A stretch of 61,930 bases of DNA from a virus (taxonomy: Duplodnaviria > Caudoviricetes). Position 1 is the first letter of the stretch. Each line of letters opens with the position of its first letter. A model generated the notes under the pieces. It was given only the letters and a program-made list of their open reading frames with translations. It was not told the DNA's origin and searched no databases. The position numbers and the translations under genes are program-made. Of this stretch, positions 28,822 through 38,328 are shown in pieces. The stretch spans positions 1 through 61,930 of IMG/VR virus record IMGVR_UViG_3300020045_006659; one strand, given 5' to 3'.

Positions 28822-29928
28822 TTACCCGGTGATCCCGTACAACTGCTGGTGATACCGCGGTGCCCACGTTGCGGCACCCATGAACAACACCTGGCCGGCC
28901 ACCTTGGTATTGCCCTGTGCGGGTTTGAACCCGGTGAAGCCATACCCGAATTCGGGGTCGTCGGTGATGTAGAAGTTCATATACGGCTTCTTGCCGTTGA
29001 TCCAGAACAGGGTTTCCTTGTAGTTGCCTGCGCTTGGGTATCCGCCGCTAGGAACCGGATATGCGGTCAATGCGTTGCCCGACATGGTTTTGATAAACTG
29101 AACAGCGTTCGGGTCAGCGGTGCCACTGGAGCCGAACAGGTACGCGCCAGGAGCGTAACGGGACCGGATCAGCGTCGCGGAATTGAACTTCATCCCGTTG
29201 AATCCGATCTTGGGGTCCTGGGTGTCGTTGAACCGCTGCTGGGTCTGGAACTTCTCTTTGATGAACGAGTACCCGAAGGCAGTCGTCACACCGAGGTTAG
29301 GTTCGATGTTGCCGAAGCAGGCATTGGAGTAGGTTTCTTCCAGCGTGTTGTACTGGATGGTCCCGTTCACGTTGGTCGGAGCCGAGTTCAGCGAAGTGCC
29401 CACCGCACCGCCACGGGTGATAGTCCCATAGGTGGAGTAAGTGTTGCCATCCCAAGATGCAGTGGAGTTGTCATTGAGTGCTTCCGGCAACCCATTGAAA
29501 TTCTTGGTGTAGTTGGCATTCTGCCCGTTCAAGTAGAAGCCGATTTCCGTGTACGCGCCCATCGTCTGATAGGCGTTTTCCATGCGGGATTCGACCAACC
29601 GGAAGATGGCATTCGGCCCCTTATTGAGAACCTGAATCTCTTCCTTCGTAAAGGTGATGTTCACTTCCATCTCCTTCACGTTGAACTGCAACTGTTGTTC
29701 GACCTGCGGCTCGGAAATGTCGAACTCTTGGCCTTGGGCTACAGGTCCACCAATCAGACCCCCATACCAGAAGTTCTCACCGATAAACCGCCCGCCAGTG
29801 AACGTCTCCCGCGCCGTCTGTTTTGCATACGCCGCCAGAGGACCCTCCTGGAAAATCATGTCAACGAGTTTCGGAGTCTCGCGGACATAGCGTTTAGTTG
29901 ATACTGTTAACTGATCTAATTCAGCCAT
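28822..29928 (-). CDS. Major capsid protein (HK97 fold)
   Basis: 368 aa; LVD.IF...P, F.GL..A, YG.ITR and Q.RF.......GF....F motifs; follows the scaffold gene. Confidence 0.9.
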   Translation of the reverse strand: MAELDQLTVSTKRYVRETPKLVDMIFQEGPLAAYAKQTARETFTGGRFIGENFWYGGLIGGPVAQGQEFDISEPQVEQQLQFNVKEMEVNITFTKEEIQVLNKGPNAIFRLVESRMENAYQTMGAYTEIGFYLNGQNANYTKNFNGLPEALNDNSTASWDGNTYSTYGTITRGGAVGTSLNSAPTNVNGTIQYNTLEETYSNACFGNIEPNLGVTTAFGYSFIKEKFQTQQRFNDTQDPKIGFNGMKFNSATLIRSRYAPGAYLFGSSGTADPNAVQFIKTMSGNALTAYPVPSGGYPSAGNYKETLFWINGKKPYMNFYITDDPEFGYGFTGFKPAQGNTKVAGQVLFMGAATWAPRYHQQLYGITG

Positions 29929-29957
29929 GTCTTACCCTCTCTGGCGGAAAACCGCCG

Positions 29958-30758
29958 TTAACTTGCCTTGGCGTCAGCGTTGTAGTTGTTCCAGCCTTCG
30001 AGGAATGCGTCACGCGATACCCGCTCCTGCTGCATTTCGTTAAGCGGTGCGTCCGGGGCCTTGCGGTCAAATACCAAATGAGACTCGCGTGGGCCGGATT
30101 CGACAGGAAGATGATTCTTGCTCATGGCGTCCTTGTAGCCTTCTTCGCGGGCCGCCTTGAGTTTCGATTCAAACTCCTGATTCCGTTGCTCTTCTAGCTT
30201 CGGAGCCACATAATCCTTGTAGGCTTGACGCAGCGGAAGCCCAGACTTGAGCGCATACGCCTCAAGTGCATCCAGGTCCACCGGCTCCTTGAACCGCTGA
30301 ACGTGATCCACGGTGATGTAGGCTAAGTCCTTTGACAGCCCCACATACGCCTGATCCTTCTGCTGCAACATCTGCATCACTTCGTCCTTGGTTAGCCCGG
30401 TGGAGGCAGCAGCCTGCCGAACTTCGGCTCCCGATTGGATCGGCCCATACAGAGATTGGTATTGCTGCAACGCATCCTGCGCCTGCCGGTAAGTGTCAAA
30501 AGCGGGCTTGGCTTGGTTGTTGTACCAGTCATCGTACTGCCTGACCTTTTGCTCTGCGGCGGTCGCCTTCGTCTCCCACTCGCCCTTGATTCGGTCTACG
30601 GTCGAGTGGTGCTGGGGCGTCTCCACAAAGCCATTGCGGAATGCCTGTTGAATTGAGTCGTCTCCCAGAGCTTCCAGGATCGCCCGTGCCTTGTCGTTGC
30701 CGTCAAGGTTGGCTTTCTTGAATAACTCCTGAGCGTAAGTCTTTAAGTCACTTGCCAT
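29958..30758 (-). CDS. Capsid scaffolding protein
   Basis: Helical, charged, immediately upstream of the MCP. Confidence 0.75.
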   Translation of the reverse strand: MASDLKTYAQELFKKANLDGNDKARAILEALGDDSIQQAFRNGFVETPQHHSTVDRIKGEWETKATAAEQKVRQYDDWYNNQAKPAFDTYRQAQDALQQYQSLYGPIQSGAEVRQAAASTGLTKDEVMQMLQQKDQAYVGLSKDLAYITVDHVQRFKEPVDLDALEAYALKSGLPLRQAYKDYVAPKLEEQRNQEFESKLKAAREEGYKDAMSKNHLPVESGPRESHLVFDRKAPDAPLNEMQQERVSRDAFLEGWNNYNADAKAS

Positions 30759-30824
30759 TTTGGTTTCCTTCCCCAGCCCCCTGCCTTGTAGCCCAGAAGC
30801 CTGGAATCGCCATCAACTACAAAC

Positions 30825-31199
30825 TCATTGCGGCATCGGAGCGCCCTGCGGAGGGGGAGGGGGAGCCATGCCACCTCCCTGTGGCGGCGCTGCTGCCGGA
30901 ACTTGTGTCGGATTCCCGCCCGTAAGGGCTTGTGGAACCGCTTGTCTAATAAATGCAATAACTTGGCCTAATGGCTGCTCCAATGAAGGAATGCCCTGTG
31001 CCAAGATTTGTGCTCCCTGCTCCAGCATTTTCATGCCTTGGAGCATCATGATTTGTGGATTGCCAGCTTCCGCGCCAAGTCCCATCTGTTGCCTGTCCAT
31101 CAACGACATAGGCCGCCCTTCTCTCCCGGAGGGAGGCGGTGGACCGTCCAATTGTGGACGCCCGCCTTGGGTTTCTGTGGGACCGGCGAATTGAGCCAT
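30825..31199 (-). CDS. P/Q/M/G-rich protein resembling portal C-terminal tails
   Basis: Low-complexity composition with a central helix. Confidence 0.6.
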   Translation of the reverse strand: MAQFAGPTETQGGRPQLDGPPPPSGREGRPMSLMDRQQMGLGAEAGNPQIMMLQGMKMLEQGAQILAQGIPSLEQPLGQVIAFIRQAVPQALTGGNPTQVPAAAPPQGGGMAPPPPPQGAPMPQ

Positions 31200-31310
31200 T
31201 TACTTCGCGGCTTTGCCAGCGATGGACTTCAACTGCTTACCGGGGCCAGCGGTAAACCCACCGCTATTTCCACCCTTCATCGGCTTCGGCGGCTTCATTC
31301 CCTTTTTCAT
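31200..31310 (-). CDS. Small basic K/G/P-rich peptide
   Basis: RBS aaggag; MKKGMKPPKPMKGG... Confidence 0.5.
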   Translation of the reverse strand: MKKGMKPPKPMKGGNSGGFTAGPGKQLKSIAGKAAK

Positions 31311-31535
31311 GTCAGTCTCCTTTTCCACGTGGAAATCCTATTTGATGCTTCTTCCGCTAGGCATTCCTACCTTGCGGGCCTTGCTAAGCAAAATCGCAAC
31401 ACGCTGCTTGGCGGCGCGAGCTGGGCCGAACTTCCTCGCAGTGCCGGAAAGGATCTTGGGAGGATTCTCCTTGATCTCATGACCAGCAGTTTCTAGCGCT
31501 TCTTCGGATGGTTTTTTTGATCGCCATTACATATA

Positions 31536-31588
31536 CCGCAAGATGTTGTGCCTAAAGTAAGTATGCACACTACATCTTGTGGTGTCAA
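31536..31588 (-). promoter_or_regulatory. Capsid-operon promoter with tandem NrdR-like boxes
   Basis: TTGACA-17-CATACT; boxes at 31536..31551 and 31567..31582, starts 31 bp apart. Confidence 0.7.
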
Positions 31589-31604
31589 ATAACTCACTTT
31601 CTCT

Positions 31605-31633
31605 TTGCTAAGTGCTTAGGATCATGCTAGGAT
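31605..31633 (+). promoter_or_regulatory. Sigma70 promoter with CTAAG-N2-CTTAG operator
   Basis: TTGCTA-17-TAGGAT; first 18 bp identical to 48241..48258. Confidence 0.7.
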
Positions 31634-31640
31634 TATTTTC

Positions 31641-32966
31641 GTGGTGAAAATTAACTTACTCACGCAAGCGCAGATTGACCGTATGGCAGAATTCCGCGAC
31701 AAGTGGCTAAAGATCGGGCTTTGCACGGAACCCGCTGATAGGCCAAGTGCCGAGCGCGCAATCATTGAGATGTATCGCCAGGGCGGATTAGAGCCACCCC
31801 GCAAGATCATCTGGTGTGGATCGCCCCTATCGCAGGGGCTGACCAGGGCAATAATTCTAGACAATAATAACAGGGATTCCGTCGGGGCTTCCGGACGGGA
31901 TTCCGTCGGGGCTTCCGTCCGGGATTCCGTCTGGGCTTCCGTCCGGGATTCCGTCCGGGCTTCCGTCTGGGCTTCCGTCCGGGATTCCGTCCGGGCTTCC
32001 GTCCGGGATTCCGTCCGGGATTCCGTCGGGGCTTCCGGACGGGATTCCGTCGGGGCTTCCGTCCGGGCTTCCGTCTGGGCTTCCGTCGGGGCTTCCGTCG
32101 GGGCTTCCGTCTGGGATTCCGTCCGGGATTCCGTCGGGGCTTCCGTCCGGGATTCCGTCTGGGCTTCCGTCCGGGATTCCGTCCGGGCTTCCGTCCGGGA
32201 TTCCGTCGGGGCTTCCGGCCGGGCTTCCGTCGGGGCTTCCGTCCGGGCTTCCGTCTGGGCTTCCGTCTGGGATTCCGTCTGGGCTTCCGTCGGGGCTTCC
32301 GTCCGGGCTTCCGTCCGGGATTCCGTCCGGGATTCCGTCGGGGCTTCCGTGTATGGACAACATGATGCCGCATGGCTCTCTTTTTACGACTACTTCCGAG
32401 AGGTATGCACCTTAACACAGCAGGCAGAAAAGCTCTCCGGTCTATGGTTGCTTGCTAAAAGTTCAGGCTGGGCTCTCCCGCATCAGAACATCTGCTGGGT
32501 GTCCGAGCGTCACCATATACTGGAGCGAGATGACACTGGAAGGCTACATTGCTCAAGCGGGCCAGCAGTGATGTACCCTGATGGCTGGGTAATCTACGCC
32601 GTCCACGGAGTTCGCGTTCCATCATTCGTAATTGAAAAGCCGCAATCAATTACTGTGGCCGATGTCACGAAAGAACAGAATACCGAGGTTCGGCGCGTGA
32701 TGATGGATGTTTTCCCACTTCCGCGCTTCGTCAAAGAATCCGGCGCGGAAACCGTGGATCTTGACTCCACGCTACATAACGGGATGCGGGCCTTGATCCG
32801 GGCGAAAGTAGGGGATGATATAAGCCAGTGGCTTCACGTAGCTGACCCGAGCACCGCCCGCACGTATTGGCTGGATGTGCCGCCGGATGTTAAGACCTGT
32901 TCGGAGGCGAACAAGTATCTAGAGTCCGGCTTGCCGGATTTTGCAATTCAAGTTGGAAGAACGTAA
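31641..32966 (+). CDS. DUF6745-type protein with internal tetrapeptide repeat
   Basis: PADR..AE.AI...Y...GL..P...W..SP, YGQHDA.WL, W.SER, GRLH...GPA..YPDGW..YA.HGV and E.N.EVRRVM. Confidence 0.85.
   Translation: MVKINLLTQAQIDRMAEFRDKWLKIGLCTEPADRPSAERAIIEMYRQGGLEPPRKIIWCGSPLSQGLTRAIILDNNNRDSVGASGRDSVGASVRDSVWASVRDSVRASVWASVRDSVRASVRDSVRDSVGASGRDSVGASVRASVWASVGASVGASVWDSVRDSVGASVRDSVWASVRDSVRASVRDSVGASGRASVGASVRASVWASVWDSVWASVGASVRASVRDSVRDSVGASVYGQHDAAWLSFYDYFREVCTLTQQAEKLSGLWLLAKSSGWALPHQNICWVSERHHILERDDTGRLHCSSGPAVMYPDGWVIYAVHGVRVPSFVIEKPQSITVADVTKEQNTEVRRVMMDVFPLPRFVKESGAETVDLDSTLHNGMRALIRAKVGDDISQWLHVADPSTARTYWLDVPPDVKTCSEANKYLESGLPDFAIQVGRT
31872..32351 (+). repeat. 40 x 12-bp tandem repeat NGG-GMT-TCC-GTC encoding [R/G/W][D/A]S[V/G]
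   Basis: Counted unit by unit from sequence and translation. Confidence 0.97.
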
Positions 32967-32977
32967 AAAGGAGAACC

Positions 32978-33379
32978 ATGAAAGCTATCGAAGAAGTCCT
33001 AGAGCAAGTGGCGCAGAGCGTTGTTGGGAAACCGGAAACTGTGCGCTATGAAACTATGGTGCATGGGCAGACCCACTGGCAGGGCGATGTGGCGATCACA
33101 TTCGTCAAGGCTTTGCCAAAGTTCTACCAGCAGTCCGCGCAAGTGGCGCAATTGGCTCCTGGTAACACGCAGGGGAGCCGCCACGTCATCGCCGATCTCT
33201 CCGGCATCGAGATCCGCACGCGCAAAGATGCGGATCAATTGACGGGGCCTGCCATAATCGCAGATCGCGCATGGGAACTGACTCATCCCGAGCACGGTCA
33301 TGCAGTGTTCCCGGCTGGCTCTTTCGTCACCACCTATCAGCGGCAATACGCCGAGGAAATGCGTCGCGTTCAGGACTAG
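32978..33379 (+). CDS. Conserved DUF6745 partner protein (His-rich metal-binding-like)
   Basis: QGDV, LA.G...GSRH, L.HPEH and P.G...TYQRQY......V.D. Confidence 0.75.
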   Translation: MKAIEEVLEQVAQSVVGKPETVRYETMVHGQTHWQGDVAITFVKALPKFYQQSAQVAQLAPGNTQGSRHVIADLSGIEIRTRKDADQLTGPAIIADRAWELTHPEHGHAVFPAGSFVTTYQRQYAEEMRRVQD

Positions 33380-33546
33380 TGGAAGAAAAAAAGCCCAAAA
33401 AGAAGTATTTGACGACCAAGGAAGCGGGTCGCCGTGGTGGTTTACGCTCATCGGAGCGCATGACACCAGAGGAACGATCCGAACGGGCACGCAAGGCTTC
33501 CGCTGCAAGATGGTCAAAGCAAATAGTAGATGATGGAAAATTGTAA
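33379..33546 (+). CDS. Small basic protein (GR.GG...MTPEERSE.ARKA.AARW type), possible DNA binder
   Basis: Motif visible; GTG start overlaps the upstream stop. Confidence 0.6.
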   Translation: MEEKKPKKKYLTTKEAGRRGGLRSSERMTPEERSERARKASAARWSKQIVDDGKL

Positions 33547-33701
33547 AATTTGCCGGATGCCGTTTCTCCACGGGTCTTGGTATCACTGCTCGCGTTGCGG
33601 ACTTCATGGTTTTGCAAGTATGTTTAGCGATTGCTGCACGGCTTGCGAAAATCATTTACGCCATGGCCATCCTGATCCAGCGATAAATCTCATGAAGAAA
33701 G

Positions 33702-34859
33702 ATGATGATGTCAATACCGATTCTATTCCTCAGTGACTCACCGGACCTCCACACTGGCCTTGGCCGCATTACCCGCGATCTAGCTACGCTGACGGCATCG
33801 CTGCCTGAGTTCCGCGTAGGCACGCTGGGGCGCGGCGGCTACGGCAATCGCTCCCTGCCGTTCATGCAATACAACTTCCCCGAATCGCACCAGTGGGGCG
33901 AAATGCACATTGAGCGCGTCTGGAAGAATTTTGCGGGAAACCAAAAAGGGATTATCTTCACCATATGGGACGCAAGTCGGCTGCTCTGGTTTTCACAGCC
34001 GCAACCGGGGGACAGTTTACTGTCGTTTCTGTCCTCCGGTTCTTTCCGGCGATGGGGATACTTCCCGGTTGATTCCGTTGGTGTAGGCGACAAACTGACC
34101 ACGCTTTCCCGCGCTGCCGTGCAGGGCTTTGACCGCGTACTTGGCTACGGCGCATGGGGCGCACAGGTTCTTTCCAACGGCTTGGGACGCGAAGTTGACT
34201 GGATACCGCACGGCATCTCTATGGAGACATTCACCCTTAGTGACCGTGCGGCTTCGCGGATGGCCATGGGGCTTGCCGATGACGATGTAGCCGTGGCGTG
34301 CGTCATGACCAATCAGAGCCGTAAAGATTGGGGCATTGCGTTCGGCGCGATAGCTCTGCTGGCAAACGAGATCCCTAAACTCAAATTCCTGATCCATGTG
34401 GATGTTCTGGAACGTGCATGGAGCCTTCGGGCACTGATGGCAGACTTCGGCATTGAGAGCCGTTGTCGCGTGAGTTTTTCCGGCTCTATGAACGATACGC
34501 AGCTTTCCTACCTGTACAGCGCGGCGGATCTGACGATCCTGCCGGCGCCGGAAGGCTTTGGGTTCCCCATCGTGGAATCTCTTGCCTGCGGAACACCAGT
34601 AGTTCACGGCACCTATGGCGGCGGATCAGAACTCATACCGGAATCGTCATGGCTCGTGGAGCCTGTCAGTTTCCGTCTCGATACCCCGCATAACGTAGTG
34701 CGGCCCGTATGGAATCCTGCGGATTGGGCGAAGACCATGAAGGCTGTCCTGGACGCAAAGCCGACAAGAGAGCAATGCCGTGCTGCGGTCGAGCACTTGG
34801 ACTGGCCACGACTTTGGCCGAGCGCTTGGAAGAAGTGGCTTCTGGAGGGGTTGGCATGA
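33702..34859 (+). CDS. Glycosyltransferase, GT-B (GT4-like)
   Basis: SDSP...TGLGRI, IPHGI, NQ.RK.W and LY.AADL..L...EGFG.P.VE.LACG.PV. Confidence 0.92.
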   Translation: MMMSIPILFLSDSPDLHTGLGRITRDLATLTASLPEFRVGTLGRGGYGNRSLPFMQYNFPESHQWGEMHIERVWKNFAGNQKGIIFTIWDASRLLWFSQPQPGDSLLSFLSSGSFRRWGYFPVDSVGVGDKLTTLSRAAVQGFDRVLGYGAWGAQVLSNGLGREVDWIPHGISMETFTLSDRAASRMAMGLADDDVAVACVMTNQSRKDWGIAFGAIALLANEIPKLKFLIHVDVLERAWSLRALMADFGIESRCRVSFSGSMNDTQLSYLYSAADLTILPAPEGFGFPIVESLACGTPVVHGTYGGGSELIPESSWLVEPVSFRLDTPHNVVRPVWNPADWAKTMKAVLDAKPTREQCRAAVEHLDWPRLWPSAWKKWLLEGLA

Positions 34860-35067
34860 TGGCCCCATGGCATAACCAAGTGTGCGCTAAGTGTGGCGTA
34901 ACGGCAGAATTGCATGGCTCATGTGGCATGGATGGTCGTGGCCCTATGACCCCAACTTGTGAATGTGATGGGTTTGTTTTCTCTCCTGAACTTTACGAAC
35001 TTGCTACGCCATGGGAAATCAAACTTACTAACCGGATTACAAGGCTAGAGGAAGCCGTGTTCAATAA

Positions 35068-35754
35068 ATGACCTACGAGATCGTTTCCGTTGCTTGCGGT
35101 GGCCGTGGACTTGATATTCCGTTTGGCCCTTATCGCACCTTTGATAACACCGGGAACCGCTTTACCCCCTGCGAAGCATACCAAGAATTATTGTCCTCCT
35201 GTGAATCCGATCTGATCTTCTACGGCCACGATGACGTTATTATCCATGATCCCGATTGGATAAATCGCGTACTCTCTCCATTCGAGAACCCCGCTTGCGT
35301 TGCCGTGGGGCTTGGCGGGGCAACGGGACTCGGCAACAAGGATCTCTACCGCAAACCGTACAACATCTGGAACATGGCGCGGGTCGGCTACGCATCGAAT
35401 CAAACAGACGCAGAGGTACATGGTGAACGATTTACTGGAGCGCGGCGTGTCGCTGTGCCAGAGGCTTTCTTTATGGCAGTTCGTGCTGATTGGCTTCGCA
35501 GCATTGGAGGCTGGCCTGTGGATCATCTGTCACATCACGGATTGGACCTATGGCTTGCGTGCATGGCTGCGCGACACAAGAAAGAGACTTGGATGGTCGG
35601 AATAAGTTGCACTCATCACGGCGGCGGCACCAGCACGAAAGACGTTTACCGCGAAGCGAAGTGGCTCAAGGGAGGGAGTCTGGAGACTGACCATCAGGAG
35701 CCGCACAAGTGGCTATATAACGAGTTCCGCGATGTGCTGCCAATACGCCTATGA
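35068..35754 (+). CDS. Glycosyltransferase-like, GT-A
   Basis: Y.HDDV, VG.GG, F..VR, HH..D..L and I...H..GG. Confidence 0.75.
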   Translation: MTYEIVSVACGGRGLDIPFGPYRTFDNTGNRFTPCEAYQELLSSCESDLIFYGHDDVIIHDPDWINRVLSPFENPACVAVGLGGATGLGNKDLYRKPYNIWNMARVGYASNQTDAEVHGERFTGARRVAVPEAFFMAVRADWLRSIGGWPVDHLSHHGLDLWLACMAARHKKETWMVGISCTHHGGGTSTKDVYREAKWLKGGSLETDHQEPHKWLYNEFRDVLPIRL

Positions 35755-36272
35755 GAGCAATTAATTTGGGTAGCGGGCAGCGCCGTTTTGAATCCGTCCC
35801 CGGCTGCGAGTGGCGCAACGTGGACTGTGTGTCACGTCCAGGTCAAGTGCCGGATGTTGTGTGCGATGTAATGAAGGAGCCGTTGCCATTCGAGGATGGC
35901 TCGGTGGATTTGGTGGTGCTCTATCATGTACTGGAACATTTTGAACTATCTTCAGCGGATCGCGTCATTGCTGAGGCTCATCGGGTATTGAAATCTGGCG
36001 GGTCGCTCATTATCGTGGTCCCCGATCTACGGGCATTGGCGCAACGCTGGTTGATGCGGCAGATCAGCGACTACATTTACTGCGTGAACCTCATGGGAGC
36101 GTACCAGGGGGAGGAAGGCGACTTCCATCGCTGGCACTACACACCGGAATCGCTCACTGAGAAGTTGCGGCAAAAGGAATGGGCCGGGGTTCAGATGTTC
36201 AACTGGAGAGAGATACCAGGGATGGCGGTCAGCAAGGATTGGTGGTATTGGGGAGCGGAGGCAATTCGATGA
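35751..36272 (+). CDS. SAM-dependent methyltransferase (type 11-like)
   Basis: NLGSG, LPF.D.SVD.V...HVLEH and RVLK.GG.L...VPD. Confidence 0.9.
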   Translation: MRAINLGSGQRRFESVPGCEWRNVDCVSRPGQVPDVVCDVMKEPLPFEDGSVDLVVLYHVLEHFELSSADRVIAEAHRVLKSGGSLIIVVPDLRALAQRWLMRQISDYIYCVNLMGAYQGEEGDFHRWHYTPESLTEKLRQKEWAGVQMFNWREIPGMAVSKDWWYWGAEAIR

Positions 36273-37759
36273 ACTGGATTTTGGTCCCATTACGCAACAA
36301 CCTCGCCTTCATCCGTGCGGCACTCCCTACGTTTCTAGCGCAAGACGTTGGCGACGTGCGCGTGTTCCTGTGGGACAACGGGAGCACCGATGGGACCTCC
36401 GCATGGGCGAACTCTATCACCGATGATCGCGTGTTCTACGCCTACAACGTGACTCCGCAGAGCGTGGCGGCTTCTTGGAATGCGATGTTGCGGTACGTGT
36501 TCGGTGAGGGCGCAGATCACGCACTGGTGGTCAACGCGGACGTGGAACTTCGTCCCGACACATATAGGCGGCTTTTTGCCGATGATGCGTTGTTTGTTAC
36601 CGCCGTTGGAACGGCAGACAAGGATAAGATTTCTCCTCCCTATCGAGTACCTGATCCTGGAGCAAAACGTACACATCCAGATTTCTCCTGCTTCCTAATC
36701 CGCAAAGCGTGCTGGGACAAAGTAGGCCCCTTCGATGAGAGCATGAACGGCGCGTACTGCGAGGACTCCGACTATCACATTCGGATGCACCGCGCCGGGA
36801 TCGAGGCAATCTGCTTGGATCTGCCCTTCTACCACGTTGGCGCGGGCACGCTCAAAAACGCCGATGAAGCCGAAACCGCACGCATTCAGCAGCAGGCCGA
36901 CAAGAACCGCGCTCTATTCAGGCAGAAGTACGGCGTGGATGTTGGCAGCAAGGAATACTATGAACTATTTGGTCATGGATCGCCGGAAGACAAGCCGGGA
37001 GAGATAGTTTATTTGGAACCAGGAACTCCAAGTCAATCGAAGGTCAATATCGTACTGGTGACCAACTTCATCCGACGCCGCCTTCTATCGCAGACGCTCC
37101 ATACGCTCTACGAGAACACGCCAGAAGATCAGTTCAACCTCACCATCGTTTGCGATGGCTTCCCGTCCGAAGCGGACCTCATCACGATTGGGCAGCGCGA
37201 GAACTCAACGGTCATCTCCGAGTGGCCACCGTGTCACATTATCGGGCGACTAAAAAATCTTGGCGCGTACTGGTCCGAGCGGCAATTCTGGCGCGGGGAG
37301 TGGATTTGCTTCATTGACGATGATTTAGCATTCTTTCCGGGGTGGCTAGGGAAATTGGTAAATAATCTGGACACTTTCAGCAACGGAAGATCCATGGTTT
37401 CCGATGAGAAGGTGGACAGCGGATTGAGAATAGTCGGGAGCATCCGTCATCCCTATCACGGCGTCAATGCAACCATCGAATTTGGAAATCAGACTACAGA
37501 GATCACCGACGCCGTAGCTGGATACTGCCACTTCATGCGCTGGGAGACGTGGGACAAGTACGGCCCCTATGATGCCCACGCAAAGGGAACGGGACAAAGC
37601 GAGGATTACGCCATATGCCGCAAGATCGTGGAGGATGGCGGTCGCGTGGGTTACATTCATCCACCCGTTATGGCTCATTGTGGTATTACCAACAGCGAAG
37701 GCAAGCCGATCCTCGGCGGGGATCTGATTGAACGTGCTCCGGGGGTAATCTACGAATGA
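36269..37759 (+). CDS. Double-domain GT2 glycosyltransferase
   Basis: DNGSTDGT, N.DV, G.FDE....YCED.DY; second domain with IDDD and SED..I. Confidence 0.9.
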   Translation: MNWILVPLRNNLAFIRAALPTFLAQDVGDVRVFLWDNGSTDGTSAWANSITDDRVFYAYNVTPQSVAASWNAMLRYVFGEGADHALVVNADVELRPDTYRRLFADDALFVTAVGTADKDKISPPYRVPDPGAKRTHPDFSCFLIRKACWDKVGPFDESMNGAYCEDSDYHIRMHRAGIEAICLDLPFYHVGAGTLKNADEAETARIQQQADKNRALFRQKYGVDVGSKEYYELFGHGSPEDKPGEIVYLEPGTPSQSKVNIVLVTNFIRRRLLSQTLHTLYENTPEDQFNLTIVCDGFPSEADLITIGQRENSTVISEWPPCHIIGRLKNLGAYWSERQFWRGEWICFIDDDLAFFPGWLGKLVNNLDTFSNGRSMVSDEKVDSGLRIVGSIRHPYHGVNATIEFGNQTTEITDAVAGYCHFMRWETWDKYGPYDAHAKGTGQSEDYAICRKIVEDGGRVGYIHPPVMAHCGITNSEGKPILGGDLIERAPGVIYE

Positions 37760-38328
37760 AGCCGTCCTTTGAGCAAGTCATGGAGTTGACGCGCACAGTA
37801 TCTGGCGCGGCTGCCTTTGAAGATGCTGAGTGCCTTGCTTTGTATAATCTGTGTCAAAACCTGCAACCGCTTTCCGTGGTGGTGGAGATTGGCTGTCAGA
37901 TCGGACGCAGTAGCAGCATCATCGCGCAAATGTCGAAGGCGATTGGATTTCACGCAATTCACATCGACCCCTATATCGACAATGCCCCTTACCTCGTGCG
38001 CTGGATTGAGATGATGCACTCTATTGGCCATCCTTTCACGTTCCTGCACATGAAAAGCGAGGAGTCCCGCAAGGAACTGTTTGATCTCAGTTTCAAGAAC
38101 GGCGGTATTGACTTGCTGCTGATCGACGGGGATCACAGCGAGGAAGGCGTATGGAAGGATTGCCGTATTGCCGCCCAGCTAGTGCGTTCTGGAGGGATCA
38201 TGTGTGCTCACGATTTCGGTCGCGGCAGCTTGCCGGACGTGTATAAAGTTCTCAGTGAATACGCAGTGGCCCCGGATTGGACCCAGTTAGCGGTTCATGG
38301 CACACTTGGGGTTTGGAAAAGAACTTGA
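37756..38328 (+). CDS. Class I SAM methyltransferase (Methyltransf_24-like)
   Basis: VEIG...GRS, IDP, IDGDH..E.V..D and GG....HD. Confidence 0.9.
   Translation: MKPSFEQVMELTRTVSGAAAFEDAECLALYNLCQNLQPLSVVVEIGCQIGRSSSIIAQMSKAIGFHAIHIDPYIDNAPYLVRWIEMMHSIGHPFTFLHMKSEESRKELFDLSFKNGGIDLLLIDGDHSEEGVWKDCRIAAQLVRSGGIMCAHDFGRGSLPDVYKVLSEYAVAPDWTQLAVHGTLGVWKRT

Noticed and set aside
28192-29901. 569-aa plus-strand ORF
   Set aside because: It is the antisense shadow of the codon-biased capsid and decoration genes, with no recognisable motifs or RBS.
31872-32351. Possible CRISPR array or DGR template/variable repeat
   Set aside because: There are no unique spacers and no cas or reverse transcriptase gene, and the variation is not adenine-specific.
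31807-32418. Antisense ORFs (RNPGRKPR and DGSP/DGIP repeats)
   Set aside because: They are open only because the 12-bp unit has no stop codons. The sense frame has conserved flanking domains.
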